64,000 nt of DNA from Chthoniobacterales bacterium. GTDB lineage: Bacteria; Verrucomicrobiota; Verrucomicrobiia; Chthoniobacterales; JACTMZ01. Position 1 is the stretch's first letter. The number at the start of each line of letters is the position of its first letter. This document shows positions 38,785-47,874 of the stretch, piece after piece. Below the pieces are notes generated by a model. The model had not been told where the DNA came from, did not search any database, and was given only the letters and a program-made list of their open reading frames with translations. The DNA is taken from the NCBI GenBank assembly GCA_041736875.1, contig JBGSSV010000131.1:6820-70819 (forward strand), read 5' to 3'. Both the position numbers and the translations under genes were made by a program.

Positions 38785-40425
38785 CTATTTGATACTTGGG
38801 GTTGAATCCGATGGCCCGGAAAATGCGAATGCAGAGGGGTTGGCGGCCACATCGTCGTTATCCAAAAAAAACCCAGCTTTCTTATCATCAAGACCCATGA
38901 TTAGTTCGCCGGCAATCGTATAGTTTTCGAAGGAAATGTTATAATACTGGACCGTCTCCCCGTTGACAACAGCCCCAAGGTTATCCCCTTCAAAAACGCT
39001 TCCTCGCGGTGCGGGCTCTCGAGCTGCCACGTTGATGAATGAGACGTTTCTTATGGAACCTCCGGGAGCGTCGATTCGAAAGTTGATGTGATTTTGCTTA
39101 ACGTCTTTATACGTCTTCTCGATCCGGACATTTTTGAACAGGATGTCTTCAATCAGCATGCCCTCGTCCGACCAAATGCAGAATGCTCTGTCGGCCATGA
39201 CGATGTCGGAATCCTCAAAAGTCACATCGCTCATCTTGTAGCCCTGTTTTCGCGTTTCACTTCCAATCTTAAATGCACATTTGCGAGTGTAGATAAGTAT
39301 GTTGCGAAACGTAAGATCGTAAAGATCCCGGTAAGGAAAAGCCGGAAGGTGCTTGTCCTGTTTTGGTGTGATCGCGTCATCACAACACCACACGAAGCTA
39401 TCCTCAATCAAAACGTGCCGACACTTGTTGATATCAAAGCCGTCCGTATTGAGTTTGGCAGAGCCGTAGTAGCGGAGGTCACTGAGTATTTTGATGTTCT
39501 TCATGGTGACGTGATCACAATAAATCGGTTCGATGCTCCAAGAGCCGGCATCCAAGGAGATGATGTCCCTTAATTCAATGTGGTTCGTTCCCATAAACTG
39601 GATGTTGTGGGTTTTAAACTCTGAGCCCGTCGGATCTTGGAGTCGGAGGGCAGAGCCATTGCCGTTGATTATGCCCCGGCCATACACCTTGATGTTTTGG
39701 GAATTCCATGAACCCAAGAGATACTTCTCGTTGGAGAATCCTTCGCCGGGAATCTGATCGTAATCGCCAAAGTTGGAAGAACCCAAGAGCGTCGCCCCCG
39801 GTGCCAGATACAGAGACTGGTTGCTGCGCATGTGGAGCATGCCGGTTTTGTAAATGCCGGGAGGAAAATAGATGATCTTCCCCCGGTCGGCATGGTCGTC
39901 GAATGCTTTCTGAATTTCCGTGCGGTTCAAGGTTTGGCCGGTGTTGTCGACCCCATAGCTCATGATGTTCACAACCGAGGGGTCGCTAAGTGAAGGAACG
40001 TCGGTTTCTGGTGCCTCGGCAAAGATCATGAGCCCGTCCAAGCCGGTGTTATGATTGCCCGCTCCCTCATTGATGAGAACGATAAGTTTTTGCGGTCCGG
40101 AGACTCTGAAAGTCAGCTTTGAGCCGTCAACCTGAGATGGGATGGAGGCGCTCAGCGGGCTGATCTGATGTGATGTGATCGGCCGGTCAGCGGTAACCTC
40201 CACCTCGACCGCACCTGTCGTCTCGAAGTGGATAAAGCAGGAGTCAACGATATCCTGCACCGGAACGGGAACCCATCCGCCTCCATCGTTGATTCGGACC
40301 GTGAAGTCCGGATTGAGGGCAATGCCGTCGGGAACCGGATACACGGTCGCGGCAGCAAATCCCGAAGTGCTCATGGCGATGAGGGTCAGCAATACTAAGA
40401 GACATGTATTGATATGATTATGCAT
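38785..40425 (-). CDS. secreted GH28-like / pectin-lyase-fold glycoside hydrolase
   Basis: Signal peptide; YFPPGIY, LYLAPGA, GRGIING and NTDGFD…DDAITPK; visibly lower GC than its neighbours. Confidence 0.85.
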   Translation of the reverse strand: MHNHINTCLLVLLTLIAMSTSGFAAATVYPVPDGIALNPDFTVRINDGGGWVPVPVQDIVDSCFIHFETTGAVEVEVTADRPITSHQISPLSASIPSQVDGSKLTFRVSGPQKLIVLINEGAGNHNTGLDGLMIFAEAPETDVPSLSDPSVVNIMSYGVDNTGQTLNRTEIQKAFDDHADRGKIIYFPPGIYKTGMLHMRSNQSLYLAPGATLLGSSNFGDYDQIPGEGFSNEKYLLGSWNSQNIKVYGRGIINGNGSALRLQDPTGSEFKTHNIQFMGTNHIELRDIISLDAGSWSIEPIYCDHVTMKNIKILSDLRYYGSAKLNTDGFDINKCRHVLIEDSFVWCCDDAITPKQDKHLPAFPYRDLYDLTFRNILIYTRKCAFKIGSETRKQGYKMSDVTFEDSDIVMADRAFCIWSDEGMLIEDILFKNVRIEKTYKDVKQNHINFRIDAPGGSIRNVSFINVAAREPAPRGSVFEGDNLGAVVNGETVQYYNISFENYTIAGELIMGLDDKKAGFFLDNDDVAANPSAFAFSGPSDSTPSIK

Positions 40426-40651
40426 AGGTGGAATTGTGTTGGGTTCGATTGTGCGAGTGATGTCGCTGGGGAGAATTGGGCTGCCGTGCATTCACTGGGG
40501 TGCATCGTTGAACGATAAGCTTCGCCGCCCCGCGATGGGCAAGGGCGTTGCGACCAAGCAGTCAGGCCGGCTGAGCAACGAATATGAATCGACTAACAAA
40601 GTGGGCTGGAGGATAGGGTGATCGGGGGTGGTCATAACTCTTGTCCGTTGC

Positions 40652-43216
40652 TCATCGGGATTGCTTGTCGCCCCAAAGCGGCTCGACATTGGCCTTGTTC
40701 CAATCATCCCAGAGCTTTTGCAGTTCCTGAACCTTTTCCGGATGCGCAGCCGCAAGGTCGTTCTGCTCGCCCGCGTCCTCGACGACCTTATACAAGCCGG
40801 TCTTCAGCGCCGGGGGGCGCTCTTTCCGGTCGACCGCTTGTGTGAGTTTCCAATCGCTGGTCCGCACGGCCATTTGCGGCCCGTAGCGCCAAGACAAGGC
40901 CTCGCGCGGTGGCTGTTGGGCCTGACCGGTCAGAACGCGGAGGGGCTTGACTCCGTCGAGCGGACTGTCGTCCGGCACCTCGGCCCCGGAACCCGCCAGC
41001 GCGGTGCGCGGCAGGCCAAGCGAGATGACCGGCGCATCCACGACCTGACCGGCAGGGATCCTACCTTTCCACTGCATGACGAATGGCTCCCGAATGCCTC
41101 CCTCCCAAGTGCTTCCTTTTCCGCCGCGCAGTGGAGCATTGCGTGAACCGTTCTTCGGGGGGGCGCCATTGTCGCTGAGGAAGCCGACCACTGTGCGGTC
41201 CTCCTGACCCGAGTCGCGAAGGATCTCCTTCTGGGTGCCGGGGAGCAGCCCCTCGAAGACGTTCCCGGTGACCGCGCCGCCGGCCACATTCCGAAGCAGG
41301 ATGGCGCAGGGGGCCGGCGCATCCGGAGAGGAGGGCCGCTGGCCGTAGATACGGTTGCCTTCAACGACCGCACCTTCGATGTTGCCGAGGAAAATGGCGC
41401 AATCGCGCCACCCGGCGATTTCGTTTCCGACGACGACCAGGTCACGGTGCCCGCGCCAAGACGTGGCCTTATCCCCCCAGCGCTGGTTGACATCAGCGAT
41501 GGCGCGCAGGACGACGTGGATGGCGCCGCGGCTGCGGGCATGACGGCTGAAGTTGCAGTTGCGGATGCGGTTGCCTTTGATGCTCACTGTTTCGCTGTGC
41601 AGGCCGTTGCGCCAGACGTTGGGTTCGTTCTGCAAGGTGATGGCCGAGTCGGACACGCCCTCGAAGAAATTGTCCTCGATCGCGCCGGATTCTGCACGGG
41701 CGATGACCCCGTAGCGGCGGATGTCGCGAAAGGCGTTGCGCCGGACGACGAACCCACCGTGGCGGGCGGACATGTTGAACGCCTGGTCGTTGTTCCAAGG
41801 GTCGGCGAAGGAACTGACGAGGTCTGCGGCGAGCGGCGGTTCGAATTCGACGAGGAAACCCTCTGCATGCTTTTGGATGCTTCTGACTTGGACAGGGTCC
41901 GCAATAGGCGTTCCTTCGCGGGGGTTGAAGAAGAGGAAACTTTGCCCCTCGCGAAGATTGAAGAAGGTCTTGTCCAGAAGGACACGGTCGGGTGCGGGGT
42001 GTCCCTTGACCTCGATGCCCTTGGCAAAAAGCGCCACCCCGTCATCGCCGACGGCCTCGAATGAGCAGCCTTCGATCCACGGGCCGACGATTGAACTGCG
42101 GACATGCGCGCCGTCGGCGTTGCCCCCGTAAGTGCGCCCGGGCGCGGGCAGCGAGTGGCAGTTGAGGATGCGGGCGGCGTCACACTCGAGCAGCAGGTAA
42201 TGTCCGCCGGAGATCGAGTGGTTGATGATGCGGAGAAAGGCGAGGTCGGAGCTGCGCTCCGCGTGGAAGAGCGACTGGGCGTTGTTCTTGCGGGCGAACT
42301 GCACGACGCGGTCCCCGGGTTGGACGACCTCCACGGTTGCCGGGGACGCGGCGCGAATGGCGAAGCCGGCCGCCGTGCGGCGCAGTGTGTCTTTGTTGAG
42401 CGACGGCACCAGCGGCGAGTCGTCGAGAATCCGCCCGCGTCCCTCCTGTTCGAGAAACATGCAGAAACCCCAGTCCTCCAAGATGTGCGGGGCGTCGAGG
42501 TCCGGGTGTCCCGGTTCGACGGCAATTTCCAAGTCACCCGTGGCGTGGTCGACGGAGGTGATGCGGCCGACGGTGAACGGGGGTGGGTCGTGGTTGATGA
42601 CCAAGTCCCTGAACGTGATCTCGCGGCAATCTTTCATCTTCGCCAGGCCGCTCATCGGCGAAGTGAAGGTGATCGTGCTGCCGCGTCCATCGACCACCAA
42701 TCCTTGCACCCCTTCGAAGGTCAGAAGGACGGCAGGGGCATCCACGCGAAACTGGCCACGCTCGGGGAACCTGAGGATGGCCGGTGCCTGCCGCGCCGCC
42801 TCGTCGGCCAAGGCGCGGATCGTCCCGGCATCGGCTCCCTCAGGCACCTCCACGACGGAGGCGGGTTCGCGCACGGTGAGCGAGGCAGTGCTTGTCCAAT
42901 CGGCTTTTCCGGTCACGCGAGTTCGCCAAAAGTAGGTGCCGGGGGCGAGGCCGTTGGACGGGACGTAGCGTGGGACCGGCGTGGTGTCACGAAGGACCAT
43001 ACCGGAAAATTCCGGGTCCAGCGCCATCTCGACATCGTAGCGCCTTGCACCGTCCTGCGCCATCCATGCGAACGTGGGCGCAGCGGACCAGGTCACCTGC
43101 GTCGCGGAGGTCGGTGCCATCACCTCTTCATCGGCAGTGGGAGGGCCGGAGGCGGCAGGAGGTCGGCAGGCGGCGATCATGAGGGCGGCGACGAGGGCTG
43201 GACGCAGGAGGCTCAC
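40652..43216 (-). CDS. lipoprotein: Ig-like domain + GH110-like beta-helix, fused in frame to a C-terminal sulfatase fragment
   Basis: IAAC lipobox; PTFAW…YFWR; NADGAH…GPWIEGC.F…GDD; tail FLSDNG…PLRGGKG..WEGGIR.PF…WKL…GEQNDLA. Confidence 0.82.
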   Translation of the reverse strand: MSLLRPALVAALMIAACRPPAASGPPTADEEVMAPTSATQVTWSAAPTFAWMAQDGARRYDVEMALDPEFSGMVLRDTTPVPRYVPSNGLAPGTYFWRTRVTGKADWTSTASLTVREPASVVEVPEGADAGTIRALADEAARQAPAILRFPERGQFRVDAPAVLLTFEGVQGLVVDGRGSTITFTSPMSGLAKMKDCREITFRDLVINHDPPPFTVGRITSVDHATGDLEIAVEPGHPDLDAPHILEDWGFCMFLEQEGRGRILDDSPLVPSLNKDTLRRTAAGFAIRAASPATVEVVQPGDRVVQFARKNNAQSLFHAERSSDLAFLRIINHSISGGHYLLLECDAARILNCHSLPAPGRTYGGNADGAHVRSSIVGPWIEGCSFEAVGDDGVALFAKGIEVKGHPAPDRVLLDKTFFNLREGQSFLFFNPREGTPIADPVQVRSIQKHAEGFLVEFEPPLAADLVSSFADPWNNDQAFNMSARHGGFVVRRNAFRDIRRYGVIARAESGAIEDNFFEGVSDSAITLQNEPNVWRNGLHSETVSIKGNRIRNCNFSRHARSRGAIHVVLRAIADVNQRWGDKATSWRGHRDLVVVGNEIAGWRDCAIFLGNIEGAVVEGNRIYGQRPSSPDAPAPCAILLRNVAGGAVTGNVFEGLLPGTQKEILRDSGQEDRTVVGFLSDNGAPPKNGSRNAPLRGGKGSTWEGGIREPFVMQWKGRIPAGQVVDAPVISLGLPRTALAGSGAEVPDDSPLDGVKPLRVLTGQAQQPPREALSWRYGPQMAVRTSDWKLTQAVDRKERPPALKTGLYKVVEDAGEQNDLAAAHPEKVQELQKLWDDWNKANVEPLWGDKQSR

Positions 43217-44241
43217 GGGATAATGAAGTCCGGACCGATCAACGCTGCGATGTTCCGGTGGTGGGCGCGCATCTCCGCCTCCAGATTGTCGTGTGACCAG
43301 TCGAAATGGCCGGTGAGGAAGACCGAGATTTCCTTTGGCCCGGGGTGCGCGTTGGCCACGGCGAACTGGCCGGGCGGCGTCACCGCGGGGTCGAAGCGGG
43401 CGCAGGCGAAGACAACCGGGATGCGCAGGCGCTGCGCCGCGGTGGCGGCGTCGAAGAAGGCCAGAGTGCGAGTGACCGAGGGGTCCCGTCGGACGCGTTC
43501 TCGCACGGCGTTGGCACTGCCGCTGCATGGCTGTTGCAGGCGCAGCGGGTGGTGGCCGAAGGTCGGCTGCCCGAGTTCCGCGCTCTGCACGCGAGGCTCC
43601 CACGGCAGGGCGAGAGCGCCGATGCCACCGCCGAAACTCCAGCCAAAATAGTGCCATCGCTCGAGGCGCCTGCCGAGGATGGTCTCCGCCGCGTCTGGAG
43701 CCCGCCAGATGGCAGCGGCACAAAGCCCGAGCACGTAGGTCTCGGGTGATTCAATGCCATGAACGACGTGGCGTCCGGCGTCATTGAGCGGCAGGCGTGG
43801 GTCGGCCGAGATGTGGAAGCCGGGCGCAACGGGCAGGATGACGGCGAGGCCTGGGCGGAAAAAGCGCGGCTCGACAGCGGGCCGTCCGTCGTAACCGTGG
43901 GTGGCGATGATGCCGGCGCGGACTGTGCTTGTGTCGCAAGGCAGAGTCAGCCACGCCGCAGCGCGGAAGCCATCTCCGAGGTTGTAGGTAAGTTGGAAAA
44001 GGCGGAATCCGTCCATGGGTGAACGCGGTTCTGTGAATTGGATGGAAAGCGTTTCCGCGATGCTGCGGGCCCGGCGGCGCTGCCAGAAGCGGTCAAAATC
44101 CGCCGGTTCGGTCTCGGGCACCCCGACCGCACGGAGCATGTCCAGCGTGTGACCATGCGTCGGATCGAAGCTGAACGGGTGGGGGATACGAGACGCATCC
44201 TCGTCCGCTGCGCTTAACTGCGTGCAGACCTCCATCTTCAA
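43213..44241 (-). CDS. acetylxylan esterase (CE7/AXE1-like)
   Basis: EPADFDRFW, HGYDG, GWSFGGG nucleophile motif and D…PPGQFAVAN…GH. Confidence 0.85.
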   Translation of the reverse strand: MKMEVCTQLSAADEDASRIPHPFSFDPTHGHTLDMLRAVGVPETEPADFDRFWQRRRARSIAETLSIQFTEPRSPMDGFRLFQLTYNLGDGFRAAAWLTLPCDTSTVRAGIIATHGYDGRPAVEPRFFRPGLAVILPVAPGFHISADPRLPLNDAGRHVVHGIESPETYVLGLCAAAIWRAPDAAETILGRRLERWHYFGWSFGGGIGALALPWEPRVQSAELGQPTFGHHPLRLQQPCSGSANAVRERVRRDPSVTRTLAFFDAATAAQRLRIPVVFACARFDPAVTPPGQFAVANAHPGPKEISVFLTGHFDWSHDNLEAEMRAHHRNIAALIGPDFIIP

Positions 44242-46278
44242 TCAGGGGTAGTTCCTGCCCGCGGTGGTGAGAGGCGCGTCGTCCGTGCGGAAAGGGACGG
44301 CGGGCAGGCCGCTGCGCCCCTGCAGATTGACCGTGGGATTGTCCGCCCAAGCGTAGCGCACCGCGACCGGCTCCGGCACCTGCGGGTTCCAGACCACGAC
44401 GGTGTCGCCTTCAACCACGGCGTCCGCCCAACGCCATGAACCGGCGGGGTCGCGCACGGCGAAGCCCTCCAGCGGCGAGTGTGGACGGTTGCGGCGGAGA
44501 GGGGCGGTTTGCGGCGGGATCGATGTCACGGTCTGGACCTCCGGCAACGGCGCCGCCACCAGGCCGCCCGCTGTGTCTCGGAACCGCACTACGGCTTTCC
44601 CTCCGCCGAATTCAACCCCGTCGAACGTCGGACCGCTCGCAGGTCGTTCGCGCCCGTAAACGCCGGCCAAGGCGAGGTCGGCGAGGCGTTGACCGGGCAC
44701 GGCTTTGTTGCGCGGATGGATGTCGCCGGTCTCGCCGACATCAATCGTCACAACTTGCCCCGTCGCCGGCAGGGCGAGCGTCTTGGTCTGCGCTTCGCGC
44801 AACTCGGCCCAGGAACTCTCGCCCGGTGCCTCGGGCTTTTCGCGGTAGTTGGCCAACTGGCACCAGAAAAATGGCAAATCATCGCGCTCCCAAGCCTTCC
44901 GCCAATCGCGGATCAGAGCCGGGAAGACCGCATGATACTGGCTGGCACGGCCCGAGTTGTTCTCGCCCTGATACCAGATCACGCCGGCGATTCCATAGGG
45001 GAGCAACGGGGAGATCATTCCGTTGAAGGCGCGGGAGGCGACATTTTGGATCCATGGAAGTTCGATGGGCGCGGCGGGTGGCGGGGTGGCCGGTGCCGCC
45101 AGCGAATACTCGCGCAGGGTGAGCCAAGCTCCGGACAGCGGCACCCGGCCGGCGCGAAAGTATTCCGGCGAGATCATGAAATGCGGCGTCCTGGCCGGTG
45201 ACCAGAGGCGGACGAGCAACTCGTTCGGTCCCGCGAGCACCAACTTTCCCGGCACATCATGCTGGCGCCCGTAGCGTCCGGCTTCAAAAGTTTCCACCGT
45301 GGTCTCACCGACCTTCTCCCCGTTCCACCAGGCCTCTTCGAGCATTTGCATGGTGCCGAGCATGAACCGCAGAGGTTTGCCCGCCGCCGCCTCCGGCATT
45401 TCCACCGTGCGGCGAAACCAGATCGCCCCCGGTGCTGCCGGGCCCTGATCGGGCCGCGGCAGCGTGTCGTGCGTCCATTGATCCTCCGGCACGCCGCGCA
45501 CTTGCTCGACGGTCATCGTGCGGCGGTCCTGACGGTCATTGGCCTCGACCCACGCGTGGAAGCTCTGGGCGAAAGCCTTGCGTCGCTCCGGGTAGGTTTT
45601 GATTTCCTCCTCCAGCTTCCGTGCCCCCTCCGCGATCTCGGATAAGTCCCCGACCGAATCCGGGCTCATCCATGTTTCACAGGCCGAGCCTCCCCAAGTG
45701 ACGTTGACCAAGCCGATGGGGACTCCCAGTTCGCGGTGCAGGTTCTTGGCAAAATGGTAGCCGATGGCGGTGAAGCGCCCCGTATCGGACGGTCCAGCCT
45801 CCATCCATGTGCCGCGGAGGTCAGCGACCGGAGCCTGCTCGGCCCGCTTCGGCACATGGAACTGCCGGATCTGCGAATTCGGCGGCCCCTCGATCTCCTC
45901 CTTGGCCCCGAGCGTGTCGGCGAGCACGAACTCCATGTTCGACTGACCGCCGCAGAGCCAGACCTCGCCGATGAGCACGTCATTGATCGTGCGGTCGTCG
46001 ATCCGCAGGACGTGCGGGCCCGCAGGCAATTCGCTCGTGTCGAGGCTGACCCTCCACCGGCCGTCCGCGTCCGGGGTGGATTCGGCCACCACATCATCGC
46101 CAAGGCGCACCGTCACCTGCTGCCCCGGCGTGCTCCGCCCCCAGACGGGCGTGCTGGCCGATCGCTGCAAGACCATGTGGTCGGCAAAAATGGACGGCAG
46201 CACCAAATCCGCCGAGACGGCCGCGCAGGGCAGGGCGAGGAAGCAGGCCGCCGCGGTGGCCAGAAGGAGTCTACGCAC
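44242..46278 (-). CDS. sialate O-acetylesterase family protein
   Basis: LPSIFADHMVLQR, GEVWLCGGQSNME, IWYQGENN, DIHPRNK and AVRYAW; GTG start chosen because it gives a signal peptide (alternative ATG at 46308). Confidence 0.92.
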   Translation of the reverse strand: MRRLLLATAAACFLALPCAAVSADLVLPSIFADHMVLQRSASTPVWGRSTPGQQVTVRLGDDVVAESTPDADGRWRVSLDTSELPAGPHVLRIDDRTINDVLIGEVWLCGGQSNMEFVLADTLGAKEEIEGPPNSQIRQFHVPKRAEQAPVADLRGTWMEAGPSDTGRFTAIGYHFAKNLHRELGVPIGLVNVTWGGSACETWMSPDSVGDLSEIAEGARKLEEEIKTYPERRKAFAQSFHAWVEANDRQDRRTMTVEQVRGVPEDQWTHDTLPRPDQGPAAPGAIWFRRTVEMPEAAAGKPLRFMLGTMQMLEEAWWNGEKVGETTVETFEAGRYGRQHDVPGKLVLAGPNELLVRLWSPARTPHFMISPEYFRAGRVPLSGAWLTLREYSLAAPATPPPAAPIELPWIQNVASRAFNGMISPLLPYGIAGVIWYQGENNSGRASQYHAVFPALIRDWRKAWERDDLPFFWCQLANYREKPEAPGESSWAELREAQTKTLALPATGQVVTIDVGETGDIHPRNKAVPGQRLADLALAGVYGRERPASGPTFDGVEFGGGKAVVRFRDTAGGLVAAPLPEVQTVTSIPPQTAPLRRNRPHSPLEGFAVRDPAGSWRWADAVVEGDTVVVWNPQVPEPVAVRYAWADNPTVNLQGRSGLPAVPFRTDDAPLTTAGRNYP

Positions 46279-47785
46279 CGGCAATTCTCGGCATTCGCAT
46301 GGGCTCATCGCGGAGGGTTGCTTGAAGAAACGTTTGCATCAGCCGTGCCTTGAGTTCCGCCGAAGCGGGGTCATGCCAGAGGTTGTTGATCTCGCCGGGA
46401 TCTTGGACCAGGTCAAAGAGTTCCCCGTCGTCCCCGTCACGGTAAACCGTCAGTTTGTGGGTCGGGGTCACGAAAGTCCGCATGTGGAATGCCTCCGTGC
46501 CGTGATGGTTTTCCACCACGGTGTCCTGGCGCACGGGCCGCGTCCCTTCCCATGACGGAAGTTGGTTGCGCCCCGTCATGGCACCATCCGCCGCGACACC
46601 GGCGGCAGCGAGGAAGGTCGGGGCCAGGTCCACCAGGTTCTGCAGATCGTTCGACGCGCGCTCCGGCGGAACATGCCCCGGCCAGCGGACGATGAACGGG
46701 ACGCGGATCAGGTCCTCATACATGTGGATCGCCTTGGCGATGAGTCCATGCTGGCCGAGGAAATGACCATGGTCCGAGGTGAAGACGACCAAGGTGTTGT
46801 CCGCCTGCCCGGAGCGATCGAGAGCGTCGAGGATGCGCCCGATCTCGTGGTCCATGAAGCTCGTCATGCCGTAGTAGCAGGCCATGTCCTCACGAATGGA
46901 CTGCTCATCACGGGCTTGAAAACCCGCGCCGTGGATGACCTCGCCCCGCGTCGCCGCTTTCCAGTAGGCAGGGTCGCGTTCGACGGCGGCTTTGCGAAAG
47001 TGCAGCGGGTTTCGGTCATGTTCCCCCGGGGTCAAGCATCCCGGGTCCATGTCGGCCGGGTCATACATGGAAGCCCATGGCTCGGGCACAAGGTAAGGCG
47101 GGTGCGGATCGTGGAAGCTCGACCAGACGAAAAAGGGACGGTCTCCGGCGGTTTCCACGGCCGCAATCGTCCGGTCGGCGGTCCAGACGGAATAGTGATA
47201 CTCCGCCGGGAGGTCCCAACTTCGCTTCGAATAAATTCTCCTCTTTTTTTCCTCATTCGGCGGCCAGTCCTCGAAGTAGTCGCGCCAGTTGGCCAAGCCC
47301 TGTTCTTCCATCCACAAAGCGTAGTGGCCGCCTGCATGAGCCTCGGCGGTATGCATTCGGGCGGTCTCGATCTGCTCGAAGCCATACCACGGGCCGCGAA
47401 ACCCGCGCCAGAAATCTAGATCGCGCAGCCGCGGTTGGCATTCGATCGACTCCATGCCGGGTCGAGACTCCAGCGGCTGGAAATGCGCCTTGCCCACGAG
47501 TGCCGTAAAATACCCCGCGGCGGAGAGATCACCGCTGACCGTCGGGACATCCTCGAACAATCTGGTCCCGAGCGACCACGCTCCGTGCTGGGAGGGCATC
47601 ATGCCGGTGAGGATGCTGGCCCGGCTCGGCGTGCAGGTCGGGTTTGGGCAGTAGGCCCGGTCGAAGCGCGTGCCGCCGGCCGCCAACCGGTCGAGAGCGG
47701 GAGTGCGGACGGCAGGATTGACGCAGCCCAGGGCCGACCAGTGTTGCTGATCGGAAGTGATGAGGAGGATGTTGGGGCGGGTCAT
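46271..47785 (-). CDS. sulfatase (Cys-type S1), no signal peptide
   Basis: RPNILLITSDQ, CTPSRASILTG, GKAH, DPHPPY and TSDHG. Confidence 0.93.
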   Translation of the reverse strand: MTRPNILLITSDQQHWSALGCVNPAVRTPALDRLAAGGTRFDRAYCPNPTCTPSRASILTGMMPSQHGAWSLGTRLFEDVPTVSGDLSAAGYFTALVGKAHFQPLESRPGMESIECQPRLRDLDFWRGFRGPWYGFEQIETARMHTAEAHAGGHYALWMEEQGLANWRDYFEDWPPNEEKKRRIYSKRSWDLPAEYHYSVWTADRTIAAVETAGDRPFFVWSSFHDPHPPYLVPEPWASMYDPADMDPGCLTPGEHDRNPLHFRKAAVERDPAYWKAATRGEVIHGAGFQARDEQSIREDMACYYGMTSFMDHEIGRILDALDRSGQADNTLVVFTSDHGHFLGQHGLIAKAIHMYEDLIRVPFIVRWPGHVPPERASNDLQNLVDLAPTFLAAAGVAADGAMTGRNQLPSWEGTRPVRQDTVVENHHGTEAFHMRTFVTPTHKLTVYRDGDDGELFDLVQDPGEINNLWHDPASAELKARLMQTFLQATLRDEPMRMPRIAGA

Positions 47786-47799
47786 GCGATCAGAATTGG

Positions 47800-47840
47800 C
47801 TTGAGCTCCGGAACCCCCTGTGAGCGGGGCCGGAGCCAAG
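47800..47840. other. strong intergenic stem-loop
   Basis: CTTG-A-GCTCCGG…CCGGAGC-CAAG with an inner CCCC/GGGG pair; no U-tract. Confidence 0.55.
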
Positions 47841-47874
47841 TCGGTCATTTACCCCAGCAGAATCTCCAAGCGCT

